Notes under the pieces: generated by a model
The model's input: the letters and a program-made list of their open reading frames with translations, nothing else
Told to the model about the DNA's origin: nothing
The model's database searches: none
NCBI GenBank assembly: GCA_031370005.1
Contig: JANMPT010000003.1
Location: 16,229 to 80,228 of the forward strand
Length of the DNA: 64,000 bases
Direction of reading: 5' to 3'
From: Bdellovibrionales bacterium
GTDB taxonomy: Bacteria; Bdellovibrionota; Bdellovibrionia; Bdellovibrionales; Bdellovibrionaceae
Part shown: positions 54,275 to 64,000 of the stretch, one piece after another
Layout: every line of letters starts with the position of its first letter
Position numbering within the stretch: position 1 is the first letter of the stretch
Position numbers and translations under genes: made by a program

Positions 54275-55750
54275 ATGAAAATTTGGGTTCTTGCTCCCCT
54301 TCTTGTATTTCTGTTTTCTTTTCAAACATATGCGGCGGCAATAGTGGAAGAAGCGGAGACTCCAATTCTGCTAACCTACGAGCAGTTCTCCCATCTAACA
54401 AATGCTGAACAAAAAACCTATGTTAAAAAATTGCGCGAAATCATGGAAGAAATGAGTGCGGCTTTCCCCGAGCTTGCCCGAGAGATTTCAGCCCGCTCTA
54501 GCTTCTTTGCGCAGATGTGGAGTCTGAACTTTCAAACTGCTTTGGGCGAAGAGACAGATAGCATCCCAATTGAGGCTATTGAAAGCTACGTCAAGTACGC
54601 CAACGGGGAGGCTAGAAAATACTCTCAAAATATAACTCAGACAAAAATCTCAAATCTCTCTGAAAAAGAAAAAGGCCTCTTGGTTGAGCAATATCGTCAA
54701 TCCCTTTACTGGTCTGCCTCAGCAGCAGCACAGACTTACAATATCACTGATAAGAACATACGCGAGCAGTTACTTAAAAACTATGTTAATCCAACTAAGA
54801 AAAAAATCGAAGACACCGAAGAACGCGTGAAACAATTTGCAAATGAAGCAGAGTATTCTGAAGCCCGAGATCAATACTTTAAAAAAGCACACCGAGGCGA
54901 ACTTCTTCCCGGCCAAGACGGCTTCCCCTCAGGCGCACTTTTGGCCTATGGCGAACGCTTAAATCCTCATTCTAACTTAGCCAACACTCCCGATAAAATA
55001 GAAGTGCCTAAGGCTGCTAAGGCCGATGATGAAAAAAAGATTCCACCAGTAGAAAACAAAGTAGAAAACAAAAAAACAGAGAATAAAGATGAAAAAAAAA
55101 TAGAGAAAAAAATATCTGCTAAGAAAAATACTGCTACCGAGATATTGAACACTTCCAACAGCTCCTATTATCGCTGTATGTATGCAGGCTTTATCCTTAA
55201 AAATGGTCCTGTGTGTATGGCGCCAAGCACTCTTCCATGGGATCTCGATGGTCTTGATAAGAAAACATTTATCTGTGAAAATGGAACTATTATGTGCAAC
55301 CCATTTCTCTTTGGGTTTAAAACAAACTGTGACTGGGGCGATGCCATTGAAAAAAATAAAACGGATGCTTGTATGAAGTCTGCAACTCCTTACTGCGTAA
55401 AAACGGGACTCTATGCAACGAAAAATTGTGGTTCCATCAGCAATAACGAAAGTGCACTTCAAGCTGCTGTTCAGCTCATTAATAGAAATATCGCGGCATT
55501 CAACCAATTCGGTGTCAGCTTTGGAGAACTTTGCAACAAGGGTCTGATCGACTTTAATAGCTATAAGGGAAAACGAACCCCGATAAACATCAAAAAAACC
55601 AAAAATGATATCAAAAGAACTTGTGACAGCGCCCGCGTCCGCATGGCTGAAATTGAAAAACGTTTCCTCGTCACTAAGGGCTCAAAAACCAAAAAGAACA
55701 GCCCTAGCCCTGCTGCCGAAAAGGCTTCAAAAAATAAAGCCGTTCAATAA
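54275..55750 (+). CDS. hypothetical exported protein with Lys/Glu-rich linker and Cys-rich C-terminal domain
   Basis: 491-aa ORF with a signal peptide (LAPLLVFLFSFQTYAAA), a low-complexity stretch (KAAKADDEKKIPPVENKVENKKTENKDEKKIEKKISAKK) and then ~12 Cys. Confidence 0.5.
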   Translation: MKIWVLAPLLVFLFSFQTYAAAIVEEAETPILLTYEQFSHLTNAEQKTYVKKLREIMEEMSAAFPELAREISARSSFFAQMWSLNFQTALGEETDSIPIEAIESYVKYANGEARKYSQNITQTKISNLSEKEKGLLVEQYRQSLYWSASAAAQTYNITDKNIREQLLKNYVNPTKKKIEDTEERVKQFANEAEYSEARDQYFKKAHRGELLPGQDGFPSGALLAYGERLNPHSNLANTPDKIEVPKAAKADDEKKIPPVENKVENKKTENKDEKKIEKKISAKKNTATEILNTSNSSYYRCMYAGFILKNGPVCMAPSTLPWDLDGLDKKTFICENGTIMCNPFLFGFKTNCDWGDAIEKNKTDACMKSATPYCVKTGLYATKNCGSISNNESALQAAVQLINRNIAAFNQFGVSFGELCNKGLIDFNSYKGKRTPINIKKTKNDIKRTCDSARVRMAEIEKRFLVTKGSKTKKNSPSPAAEKASKNKAVQ

Positions 55751-55751
55751 T

Positions 55752-57119
55752 CTATTGGCCTTCAATAAATTTCTGATGAAGTTTTTGAACGGCCAACACC
55801 CCCTGCTCTTCATTCACAATAAAACAAAAGTTGTGCTTGCTGGCTCCTAGGCAAATCATACGAACGTTGATGTCCGAAATGGCTTCAAAAACCAGCTTTC
55901 CAAGTCCAGGCGTATGATTAATATTATTGCCAATTAATGATACCAAAGCCAAATTTTCCTCCACCTGCACGTCCGCAATAACCGAGAGGTCCGAGATTAA
56001 CCTCTTGTTCAGTAAGGTCGAATCATCCAAGGTAACGCTGATTGAAATCTCAGACGTAGTAATGGCATCAATACTGATTTTATGATCATTGAAAATTTTA
56101 AATATTTGAAACAAGAAGCCGTGAGCATGCAACATCTCCGGAGTTGAAAGCGTTACCAGGATCTGCTTCTTACGAAGGGCAATAGCACGAATCAAAGGGT
56201 GGGTACGGACTTCTTTACGTACCCAGGTCCCACCAGCTTCTGCGTTAAAACTTGAACCAACGAAAACGGGAATATTCTTGCGAATAGCCGGTAAAAGAGT
56301 TGCTGGGTGCAAAACCTTTGCGCCAAAAGTAGCAAGTTCGGAAGCTTCTTTAAATGAAATCTCATCAATAGCTTTTGCTTTCGGGCAAAGTCGAGGATCG
56401 GTGGTTGCAATACCCGCCACATCCGTCCAAATCTCAAGAATGTCCGCACCAAGAGCCTCTGCCAAAATGGCTGCAGAATAGTCGCTACCGCCTCTTCCCA
56501 AGGTCGTCGTCATACCGTCTTCCGTGCGCCCTATATATCCTTGAGTAACCGTGATTTTTTTACTGTTACGAATATCGCCGAAATGTCTCTCACAAAGGAT
56601 TTTAATCTCAGAAATCAAAGGTCTTGCCTTGCCGAAGGCATCATCGGTACGAAGAACCTCACGAATGTCAAAAAGCTCAGCCTCTAAGTCTAAGCTGTGT
56701 TTTTGTAAAATCTGCTTAATAGCTTCAGCAAATAAAACTGAAGACATACGTTCACCAAGACTCATCAATGCATCCTGAGCCTTCACGGAGCAGTCTTTCA
56801 GGAGGTAAATGCCCCGAGACAAAGACTCCATCTCTTCGAACAAATATTTTAGTTGAATGTTAAGCTGGGAGGAAAGTTTTAAATCATCGGCAATCTTGAC
56901 ATGTCTTTGATAAATTTTCGATAAAATTATCTCGGCCTCAGGCCAAGACTTCGTTTGAGAGGTCTTTCCCAGCTCAATCAAATCATTAGTTGTACCTGAG
57001 CTTGCAGAAACCAACACAACTTTCGCTTTTTGTTTAAGGGATAACTCTGCACTGCGAAGCATGCAAGAGGCATCTCCCATAGAGGTTCCACCAAATTTAG
57101 AAACGATGATTTTATTCAA
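55752..57119 (-). CDS. lysC: aspartate kinase
   Basis: 455-aa ORF. IVSKFGGTSMGD, TLGRGGSDYSAAILA and C-terminal ACT repeats. Confidence 0.9.
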   Translation of the reverse strand: MNKIIVSKFGGTSMGDASCMLRSAELSLKQKAKVVLVSASSGTTNDLIELGKTSQTKSWPEAEIILSKIYQRHVKIADDLKLSSQLNIQLKYLFEEMESLSRGIYLLKDCSVKAQDALMSLGERMSSVLFAEAIKQILQKHSLDLEAELFDIREVLRTDDAFGKARPLISEIKILCERHFGDIRNSKKITVTQGYIGRTEDGMTTTLGRGGSDYSAAILAEALGADILEIWTDVAGIATTDPRLCPKAKAIDEISFKEASELATFGAKVLHPATLLPAIRKNIPVFVGSSFNAEAGGTWVRKEVRTHPLIRAIALRKKQILVTLSTPEMLHAHGFLFQIFKIFNDHKISIDAITTSEISISVTLDDSTLLNKRLISDLSVIADVQVEENLALVSLIGNNINHTPGLGKLVFEAISDINVRMICLGASKHNFCFIVNEEQGVLAVQKLHQKFIEGQ

Positions 57120-57176
57120 TTTTGCTCACCGCCCTTCCTGAAAGGCCGCCATGATTGTCGAAAGTAAAAAAGACGA

Positions 57177-57908
57177 CTAAACGCTGCAGATCTTTTGAAA
57201 TGAAGCGACCTCAAGTGAGGCGCCTCCGACGAGAAAGCCATCCACATGGGGGATACGAATCAAAGCCGCAGCGTTGTCAGGTTTCACACTCCCGCCATAC
57301 AAAATCGGTGCAGTGAAGCCTAGACTCTGCAAAATTTCAAAAACATCTTTATGGGTTTCTTGAACTTGCTCTGACGTCGCCACCTTGCCTGTGCCAATCG
57401 CCCAAACAGGTTCATAAGCCACCACCAAGGGTTTTAGTTTATCCGCTTTTAAAAGGCCTTCCGTCAGTTGCACTCTCAAAATATCTTTAGTCTTTCCACT
57501 TTCGCGCTCTTCCAGGGTCTCGCCCACACATAGCATTGGCACAAGCCCAAGACTGTGCGTGTAGTTGACTTTATTTGCCAGCAATTCATTTTTTTCAGCA
57601 AACAACTGACGACGTTCACTGTGGCCAATTAGAACGTACTTCCCCCCAAGTTGCTGCAACATAGCGGCCGAGTTTTCACCCGTAAACGCCCCTTGAGCTT
57701 GGAAGTAAGAATTTTGCATACCAAAGTGAAGTGCATATTTTACTTTTAGATTTTGAATTGCAAGACTGGCAGCTTCCAAAGAAATTGCTGATGGAAAAAA
57801 AATCACTTCATTTTCACTTGCTTGAAAGACCTCTCCCCAATGAACAAGGAACTCACGAGTTTCTTTTGGAGATTTAAAAAGCTTCCAGTTGGCAGCAAAA
57901 ATTTTCAC
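57177..57908 (-). CDS. tpiA: triose-phosphate isomerase
   Basis: 243-aa ORF. AANWKLF, IGHSERR and AYEPVWAIGTG. Confidence 0.92.
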   Translation of the reverse strand: MKIFAANWKLFKSPKETREFLVHWGEVFQASENEVIFFPSAISLEAASLAIQNLKVKYALHFGMQNSYFQAQGAFTGENSAAMLQQLGGKYVLIGHSERRQLFAEKNELLANKVNYTHSLGLVPMLCVGETLEERESGKTKDILRVQLTEGLLKADKLKPLVVAYEPVWAIGTGKVATSEQVQETHKDVFEILQSLGFTAPILYGGSVKPDNAAALIRIPHVDGFLVGGASLEVASFQKICSV

Positions 57909-57909
57909 G

Positions 57910-59121
57910 TTAGCTCCTGATTTTAGTTCGGAGGATTTCTAGACCTGGCAATTTTTCGCCTTGAAGATACTCAAGGCTAGCCCCGCCTCCAGTAGAAATA
58001 TGAGTCATTTTATCAGCGTAACCTGAAGCTTCAGCCGCCGCAGCAGAATCACCACCACCAACAATTTTCTCACCCTTGCTTTCTGCCAGAGCCTTTGCAA
58101 TAGCAAAAGTACCTTTAGAAAACTCTGGAGTTTCAAAAATTCCCATAGGGCCATTCCAAAAGACCATTGCAGCTTGGCTTAAAGCCGCCGTGTATGCTCT
58201 TATCGTTTTAGGGCCAATATCTACGCCTAGCTCACTATCACCGATATTCACATCCGACGTAATACGGGCAGAAGCTATGTCGCTGATTGAGGTCGTTACA
58301 ATGTGATCCACCGGCAATAATAGACTCTTGTTCCGCGCCTCAATACGCTCGATCATTTGGCGTGCATAGTTTAGCTTATCTGCTTCTACCAAGGACTTAC
58401 CAACACTATGACCTCTCGCCTTCAAGAAGGTATAAGCCATTGCTCCGCCGATAACGAAGCCATCCACAATATCAAGAAATTTTTCAATTACGGCAATCTT
58501 ATCTGAAACTTTTGCTCCACCAAGAACCGCCAAATAAGGGCGTTTTGGATTTTCCAAAAGACCATCAAGCACGGTGACCTCTTTTTCAATCAAAAGCCCA
58601 ATGGCCTTTTCCTTCATCAGGTTCGGAAGGGCGTGTATGCTTGCATGAGCACGATGGGAAGCGCCAAAGGCGTCATTTACATAGACATCTGAATAGTTCG
58701 CCCATACCTGTGCAAGCTCTTCACTGTCCTTCGTTTCACCAGAAGCAAAACGTACATTTTCTAGCAACAACAACTGCGTCTTTTTCATATTCAACAAAAG
58801 CGCCTTGATGCCATCGCTCGTGATGTCTTCCCACAGAATCACCTCTGCACTGAGAAGCTCACTTAAGCGTTTTGCCACAGGCTCGAGTGAGAATTGTCTA
58901 TCATCTTCGTGCTTGGGCCGGCCCAAGTGCGAGCACATCACAATCTTTGCGCCTTTTTCCATCAAATACTGAATTGTCGGAAGGCTGGCCTTGATACGTG
59001 TCTCGTCAGTGATTTTCCCATCTTGTAATGGCACATTGAGATCAAGTCTTAAAAAAACAACTTTCCCCGCCACTTCAAGATCGCGAACTGTCTTAATGCC
59101 TTTAAGTCCCTTGGTAGCCAT
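57910..59121 (-). CDS. pgk: phosphoglycerate kinase
   Basis: 403-aa ORF. FLRLDLNVP, SHLGRP and GGGDSAAA. Confidence 0.95.
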   Translation of the reverse strand: MATKGLKGIKTVRDLEVAGKVVFLRLDLNVPLQDGKITDETRIKASLPTIQYLMEKGAKIVMCSHLGRPKHEDDRQFSLEPVAKRLSELLSAEVILWEDITSDGIKALLLNMKKTQLLLLENVRFASGETKDSEELAQVWANYSDVYVNDAFGASHRAHASIHALPNLMKEKAIGLLIEKEVTVLDGLLENPKRPYLAVLGGAKVSDKIAVIEKFLDIVDGFVIGGAMAYTFLKARGHSVGKSLVEADKLNYARQMIERIEARNKSLLLPVDHIVTTSISDIASARITSDVNIGDSELGVDIGPKTIRAYTAALSQAAMVFWNGPMGIFETPEFSKGTFAIAKALAESKGEKIVGGGDSAAAAEASGYADKMTHISTGGGASLEYLQGEKLPGLEILRTKIRS

Positions 59122-59269
59122 GATTAAAGTCCTAGATTATATAGGTTTAGATGCCCCCAATTTGAAGCACAGCCCCCCGGAAATCAAGAGGTACGGCCTT
59201 CTTTTTAGTATTGCAGCGCAGTGTTGAGTGTATTATAACGCATAATTTTAAATCAGGAGTTACTCATCC

Positions 59270-59926
59270 GTGAACTGCCTACTCTGTGAGTCCCCAAAAA
59301 CTAGTGCATTTGCAGTTAAAATGAACCCCGCCTGCGATTATTTCCATTGTGTGCAGTGTGATCTTATTTTTATGGATACCAACATGAGAATGTTACCGGA
59401 AGAAGAAAAGATCCGTTATGACCTACACCAAAATCAAGATAGTTCGGGCTATCGCCAATTCCTACAGCCCCTCATTCATGATATCCAAAACTACAGCTCA
59501 AAGGTTTCCAAACCCTTGTCAAAGCTCAAAATTTTAGACTATGGATGCGGACCCACTGCTTTTTTAAGTAAGCTCCTCCTGGAGTACTCCAACGATACTA
59601 TTAATTATGATCCCTTCTATTTCCCTGATAAACACACGCTACAGGCCACTTATGACGTGATCACTAGCACTGAGGTTTGGGAGCACTTCTGCAATCCACG
59701 CAAGGAGATCGCAAGAATGGCAAAACTTTTAAAGAATTTTGGGCTTCTCGCTATCATGACAGCAAGTCACCCAGGCGTGGGCCCCTTTCATAATTGGCAA
59801 TATCGTCGTGACATGACCCATGTAGTTTTTTTTTCCGAAATAACAATGAAATGGATAAGTGATCATTTTAATTTCGATCTTGTAAAAGCACAAACTCCTT
59901 ACTGGATCTTCCAAAAAAGGGCGTAA
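59270..59926 (+). CDS. class I SAM-dependent methyltransferase with N-terminal zinc-ribbon-like Cys pairs
   Basis: 218-aa ORF. CLLC...CVQC, then ILDYGCGPT (motif I) and a Methyltransf_23-like layout. GTG start. Confidence 0.65.
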   Translation: MNCLLCESPKTSAFAVKMNPACDYFHCVQCDLIFMDTNMRMLPEEEKIRYDLHQNQDSSGYRQFLQPLIHDIQNYSSKVSKPLSKLKILDYGCGPTAFLSKLLLEYSNDTINYDPFYFPDKHTLQATYDVITSTEVWEHFCNPRKEIARMAKLLKNFGLLAIMTASHPGVGPFHNWQYRRDMTHVVFFSEITMKWISDHFNFDLVKAQTPYWIFQKRA

Positions 59927-59929
59927 CCA

Positions 59930-60331
59930 ATGTCTCTACGAACCCATGCTTTTCGTTTAATCCCCAACCAAGATTTAAAAATAGAGCTGACAAAGTACTG
60001 CGTAGATCACAGACTTGAAGCCGCCACAATAATTTCCGGAGTGGGCAGTCTAAAGGTAGCAGCACTTCGCCTTGCTGATGAAAAAGTAAAAAGCGAGTTA
60101 CATGGACCTTTAGAAATCGTTTCCCTTATTGGAACCTTGGGGTTGCAAGGCCTTCATCTTCATATATCGATTGCCGATCGTGACGGCAAAGTCCTAGGTG
60201 GGCATTTGCTTGATGGCTGCATTATTCACACTACGGCCGAGATTGTACTTTTAGAAATTACAAATTTAGAATTTGCACGAGAGCTTGACCAACAGACAGG
60301 ATTTAAAGAGTTGGTCATTAGCCGCCGTTAA
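59930..60331 (+). CDS. PPC (DUF296) domain protein
   Basis: 133-aa ORF. ISGVGSL...LEIVSLIGT...HLHISIAD..G.V.GGHL is the PPC/DUF296 pattern. Confidence 0.7.
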   Translation: MSLRTHAFRLIPNQDLKIELTKYCVDHRLEAATIISGVGSLKVAALRLADEKVKSELHGPLEIVSLIGTLGLQGLHLHISIADRDGKVLGGHLLDGCIIHTTAEIVLLEITNLEFARELDQQTGFKELVISRR

Positions 60332-61025
60332 CATAACCAAAAAGATTATAGATCCTCTTCCACTTTTCGCAGTGAGATGCTTCTATCTTTAACGTCTTAT
60401 CTAACCAAGGGTGAGTAAATTCTAAGCTCTGGGCTTTCAAACAAAGCCCTAAGACTCCTAAGTCGTTTTTGAAAAAACGATTTTGCCGGCAATCACCATG
60501 ATCCGCATCGCCGATCAAAGGGTGTGATATTCTGTTGAAATGCCGACGCAATTGGTGCCAACGTCCTGTTAAAGGCTTGGCCTCTACTAAAGAATATCTT
60601 GCCGTCGAAAATCTTTTAATCACTGCTACTGGAAACTCCACCGTAGCCATTCTAGAATAAGTTGTCTTTGCTTCAACTAAGTCTCCGGTTGAATCCAGCT
60701 CCAAAGGCAATTCAATGTCGCCATTTTCAGGAGTATAACCACGAGCCACTGCATGATAGGTTTTCAGCATGGATTTCTCAGCAAAAAGTTTACACAAAAT
60801 GCTCGCCGATGCTGACGAAAGAGCGAAAAGCAAAACTCCGCTTGTTCCCGCATCCAAACGATGTACTGGATAAACATATTTACCCATCATATTTCGAGCT
60901 AAGTAAAGACAAGTTTTATCTCTTGAAATGCGGTTTCTTTTGTCTTCATGGGGGTGAACATGAAAGCCCGAGGGCTTATCGACCGCAATAAAATGCTCAT
61001 CTTGATAAAGAAGTTTCAGGCTCAT
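60318..61025 (-). CDS. RluA-family pseudouridine synthase (TruC-like)
   Basis: 235-aa ORF with catalytic motif HRLDAGTSGVLLFA and HQLRRH. Confidence 0.85.
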   Translation of the reverse strand: MSLKLLYQDEHFIAVDKPSGFHVHPHEDKRNRISRDKTCLYLARNMMGKYVYPVHRLDAGTSGVLLFALSSASASILCKLFAEKSMLKTYHAVARGYTPENGDIELPLELDSTGDLVEAKTTYSRMATVEFPVAVIKRFSTARYSLVEAKPLTGRWHQLRRHFNRISHPLIGDADHGDCRQNRFFKNDLGVLGLCLKAQSLEFTHPWLDKTLKIEASHCEKWKRIYNLFGYVNGG

Positions 61026-61477
61026 TAAATCTCTAAGCGACAGATAAGATCCATGACAAAAGAATCTTTGTCGTCTTTGATCTCAACGTGATTCTGAGCC
61101 TCTGGAAATCTTTGCGAACAGCTTGCCGACGATATTGATTGAATACCATGGTTTTTGCACTCAAGACTTAAAACTCCTAAGGTCTCTCCCTGATAAACTG
61201 AGTCCTTTTTAGATTGAATTTTCATATGGCAAACAGAATCAGCTAATGTGAATTCAAAATCAGCGGCCTTCTGGTTGACAAGTACTGTGTCCTCTCCATT
61301 TTTTGTCACTACAAGAATAAACTTAAAGCCGCGAGATATTAAGACATCAGCATCTGCGGCTGGTGTTAACAAAGCATTAACGATTGATGCAAGTGAACTA
61401 TCCTTGCCTGCACCACGCTCAACACTACAGCCAATAAAAAATAAAATCGCTGAAAAAACTATGATGATTTGTTTCAA
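61025..61477 (-). CDS. hypothetical lipoprotein
   Basis: 150-aa ORF with a lipobox (ILFFIGCS). Its stop overlaps the downstream ORF's start. Confidence 0.45.
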   Translation of the reverse strand: MKQIIIVFSAILFFIGCSVERGAGKDSSLASIVNALLTPAADADVLISRGFKFILVVTKNGEDTVLVNQKAADFEFTLADSVCHMKIQSKKDSVYQGETLGVLSLECKNHGIQSISSASCSQRFPEAQNHVEIKDDKDSFVMDLICRLEI

Positions 61478-61486
61478 TTTATTCCT

Positions 61487-62260
61487 CTACCATTTAATTT
61501 TAGGAAACATCTTCATTGCATTTTCCCGAGTTACTTTTGAAAGTTCCTGAAGAGTAACACCCTTCAGCTCCGCAACGACTTTTGCCGTGTGAACAACGAA
61601 GGCCGGTGTGTTTTTCCGACCACGCATTGGAATCGGCGCCAAAAAAGGCGAATCTGTTTCAACATGAATACGATCTATTGGCAAAGTGCGAACCACATCA
61701 CGCAAAGACTCTGCGCTTTTAAAAGTCACAACTCCACTAATGGAGATATTATAACCAAGTTTCAAAGCTTGTTCAGCCAACCAAGGGGTGCCGGTAAAAC
61801 AATGAATAATGCCTTTAACTTGGTCATTGAACTCTTTCATGATTTCAATGGTATCCACATCTGCATCACGGGTATGAATTTGCACCGGCATGCTGGTGCG
61901 AGCAGCAATCTCCATCTGAGCACGGAATGCACGCTTCTGCTCTTCGCTTGATGAGTGTTCGTAGTAATAATCGAGACCGATTTCACCGACAGCAATTACC
62001 CACGGCTTAGAGACATTGGTTGCAATAAATCGACCGATTTCATCAGTGTAAATCTGACCTTCGTGGGGATGGATACCCAAAGTACAAAAAACGTCTGGAT
62101 AGTTTTTTTCAGCAAGCTCTAGGACTAAAGGCAAATCCTTGGGCTCTGTCCCGATCGTAGCAACCTTTACGACTCCAACTTCACGCGCACGTCGCAAAGC
62201 CTCTTCTGGTCCTTCTTCCAAGATATTAAGATGAGCATGTAAATCCATCCATTCCAACAT
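61487..62260 (-). CDS. tatD: TatD-family metal-dependent hydrolase
   Basis: 257-aa ORF. DLHAHLN, GEIGLDYYY, PVQIHTRDA and ETDSPFLAP. Confidence 0.9.
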   Translation of the reverse strand: MLEWMDLHAHLNILEEGPEEALRRAREVGVVKVATIGTEPKDLPLVLELAEKNYPDVFCTLGIHPHEGQIYTDEIGRFIATNVSKPWVIAVGEIGLDYYYEHSSSEEQKRAFRAQMEIAARTSMPVQIHTRDADVDTIEIMKEFNDQVKGIIHCFTGTPWLAEQALKLGYNISISGVVTFKSAESLRDVVRTLPIDRIHVETDSPFLAPIPMRGRKNTPAFVVHTAKVVAELKGVTLQELSKVTRENAMKMFPKIKW

Positions 62261-62261
62261 T

Positions 62262-63233
62262 TTAAGCTCCGCTTTCGGAATTTTTTTCGTGATTTTGGCG
62301 AATCCAGAGCTCCTCCATCAAAAGCTGAACATCACGATTCTGATTAATTTCTTTTTCAACTGCCAATAATTTATCAAGAAGCTCCAAAATCAAATATCGA
62401 CTATAGCAGGATAATGTATTTAGAAGCCCCAGCTGATCCACGCACATAATCAAGTTCTTCTGATCTTCTTGATAATATAAAACGTCACGTAAGACTGAAA
62501 TCCAGTAGAAAAGAACTCTTTGAGACTTCCCTCTTTCTTTAAAGCTGTCTCGCCAAGAATTATCAGTCAGGAACTCCTTGTCCTCGAAAAATTGCTGCAA
62601 CAGGGACAAAGCCACCTTGCGAATTTCTTGCTCTGGCCCCTCTTGTAACTGTGCTAACTTTTCAAAACTTCCTTGGCTTGCTCGAATTGCCCACTCCGGA
62701 GCTGAGCCTGCACCACGAGCAATGTCCTCAACAGCAAGAGGTTTAAAACTTACTATCCGCGAACGCGAACGAATTGTCGCTAAAACCCCCGCAACACTTG
62801 GAGCGATCAAGAAGAAATACGTTTCCGCTGGCGGCTCCTCAAGTGTTTTTAGCAGAGAGTTCGCCGCCTGCAAATTCAAGAACTGGACCTGATCAATGAT
62901 AACTGCGCGACGTGTAGTGAGCCCTCTCAAGCTCAAAAACTGAATTAGCTCACGACTTTCCTCAATTTTAATTTGCGATCCTTCAGCAGCAATAAGCTTA
63001 AGCGACTCGTGAGCGCCAGCTGCGACTCTGCGACAAGAACTGCAAAGTCCGCAACCCATACGTGTAGTTTCACAAAGCAAAGCTTGAGCAAGACCAAGAG
63101 TGACTTTTTTTTTGCCAATCCCACTGGGGCCCACTAACAAAAAAGTCTGCCCAGGCCTCTGACTGGCGAAAACCCCAAGAAGTTTTGTAATCACATCCTG
63201 GTGGCCGAAAACTTGATCTAAAAGTCGAGCCAC
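62262..63233 (-). CDS. holB: DNA polymerase III subunit delta'
   Basis: 323-aa ORF with P-loop-like GPSGIGKK, zinc module CGLCSSCRR and LKTLEEPP. Confidence 0.85.
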   Translation of the reverse strand: MARLLDQVFGHQDVITKLLGVFASQRPGQTFLLVGPSGIGKKKVTLGLAQALLCETTRMGCGLCSSCRRVAAGAHESLKLIAAEGSQIKIEESRELIQFLSLRGLTTRRAVIIDQVQFLNLQAANSLLKTLEEPPAETYFFLIAPSVAGVLATIRSRSRIVSFKPLAVEDIARGAGSAPEWAIRASQGSFEKLAQLQEGPEQEIRKVALSLLQQFFEDKEFLTDNSWRDSFKERGKSQRVLFYWISVLRDVLYYQEDQKNLIMCVDQLGLLNTLSCYSRYLILELLDKLLAVEKEINQNRDVQLLMEELWIRQNHEKNSESGA

Positions 63234-63859
63234 TTTCGCTCCTTCAGAGTTTTTAAAAGAATTTTTAACATCTCTTCAGTTGCAAAGCGCGCATCCAAAA
63301 CCAACCAGCTTTGCGCATTTTCCCGAGCTTGTTTTAAAAAACTAGCCCGCACCTGCTCATGAAAAAAATCATTCTCTGACTCAATACGGTCTGCGGCCTC
63401 CCCGGTTTGAGATGTTCGAAGCGCTTGACGCTTCCGTGATTCCTCAACGCTGAGATCTAATAAAATCGTAAGATCTGCCTTGAGTCCATCCGTGGCAAAG
63501 TGATTCAGCATCTCCACATCTTTCTCATTGATCTTGCGGCCCCCTGCTTGAAAAGCTATTGAACTTGCCGAAAAGCGATCGCTTAGTACCCACTCACCTT
63601 TAGCGAGCTTCGGTTTAATAGTCTCATGTACATGTTGAGCGCGCCCGGCCTCGTACAGTAAGAGCTCAGCACTGGGAACAGGGGCCATGCCCTCTTGTTT
63701 TCGTAAAATAATATTGCGAATTTCATCGCCTAAAAGAGTCCCACCCGGCTCGCGAGTGCGGTGAAATAAAATGCCCTGTTTTGAAAGCTCTACTTCCAAT
63801 GCTCGCATCAATGAACTTTTTCCAGAGCCATCAAGACCCTCAAATACAAGAAATGCCAT
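63218..63859 (-). CDS. tmk: thymidylate kinase
   Basis: 213-aa ORF with P-loop FEGLDGSGKSS, plus TREPGGT and DRF.SS.AFQ. Confidence 0.9.
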   Translation of the reverse strand: MAFLVFEGLDGSGKSSLMRALEVELSKQGILFHRTREPGGTLLGDEIRNIILRKQEGMAPVPSAELLLYEAGRAQHVHETIKPKLAKGEWVLSDRFSASSIAFQAGGRKINEKDVEMLNHFATDGLKADLTILLDLSVEESRKRQALRTSQTGEAADRIESENDFFHEQVRASFLKQARENAQSWLVLDARFATEEMLKILLKTLKERKWLDF

Positions 63860-64000
63860 GAGAGTCTTATGGCAGGCACCCTATCTGAGTGTCAAAACTA
63901 ATAATATTGCTCTGCATTATATTAAGCGCGACCCATTTTCAGTGGACTTCCCCCGGGGGTTTTCTGTAGAGTGGCCACCTTTAGGAGATCAGTAAACTAT

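Noticed and set aside
55049-55072. Exact 12-bp tandem duplication (GTAGAAAACAAA x2) as a repeat element.
   Set aside because: It is an in-frame VENK-VENK duplication within a low-complexity coding spacer, not an independent genomic repeat.
54967-55507. Antisense ORFs (63 aa and 176 aa) opposite the 54275-55750 gene.
   Set aside because: The Phe/Ile-rich translations are the complement of a Lys/Glu-rich coding stretch. No independent signals support them.
1-64000. Looked for CRISPR arrays, rRNA genes, reverse transcriptases (retrons, DGRs), restriction-modification genes and IS transposases.
   Set aside because: No regularly spaced direct repeats with unique spacers were seen. No rRNA-like stretches were seen, and no ORF carried RT (YxDD), methyltransferase/endonuclease pairs or DDE transposase motifs. 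The only recombinase is the serine recombinase at 15430-17127.

Overview
This 64-kb window looks like chromosomal DNA from an AT-leaning, flagellated diderm bacterium, judging by its Lol, Mla, OmpA, Lgt and FliL genes. The gene content and the many small exported proteins resemble Bdellovibrio-like organisms, but that is inference only. About 85% of the window is ordinary, densely packed core genome: dapD (partial), an Mla-like transporter, ftsH, hisS, lgt, rsmB-like, nrdR-nusB, an M16 peptidase pair, fliL, sppA, rpsA-cmk-hisC, ilvA, lysC, tpiA-pgk and tatD-holB-tmk, plus many hypothetical exported or outer-membrane proteins. The exception is a ~10-kb accessory island between tRNA-Leu(CAG) (15366-15451, +) and tRNA-Ala(GGC) (25522-25596, -). 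The 3' ends of both tRNAs point into the island. The island has four parts. (i) A compact four-gene minus-strand module: membrane/coiled-coil protein, replication-relaxation-family protein, small ORF and large serine recombinase. The recombinase reading frame ends inside the tRNA-Leu gene. (ii) A ~0.7-kb stretch with no ORF of 60 aa or more, packed with perfect palindromes and ending in an orphan tRNA-Ser 3' fragment. (iii) An ArsR / SRPBCC / NmrA cargo trio. (iv) Four type II toxin-antitoxin loci: BrnTA, Phd/YefM with a short ParE-like ORF, HigBA and HipB with a truncated HipA. These are interspersed with a 42-bp perfect direct repeat and a partly duplicated small HTH gene. I found no CRISPR array, rRNA, reverse transcriptase or recognisable defence enzyme. 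All functional calls rest on motif and family resemblance read by eye from the ORF translations, not on database searches.
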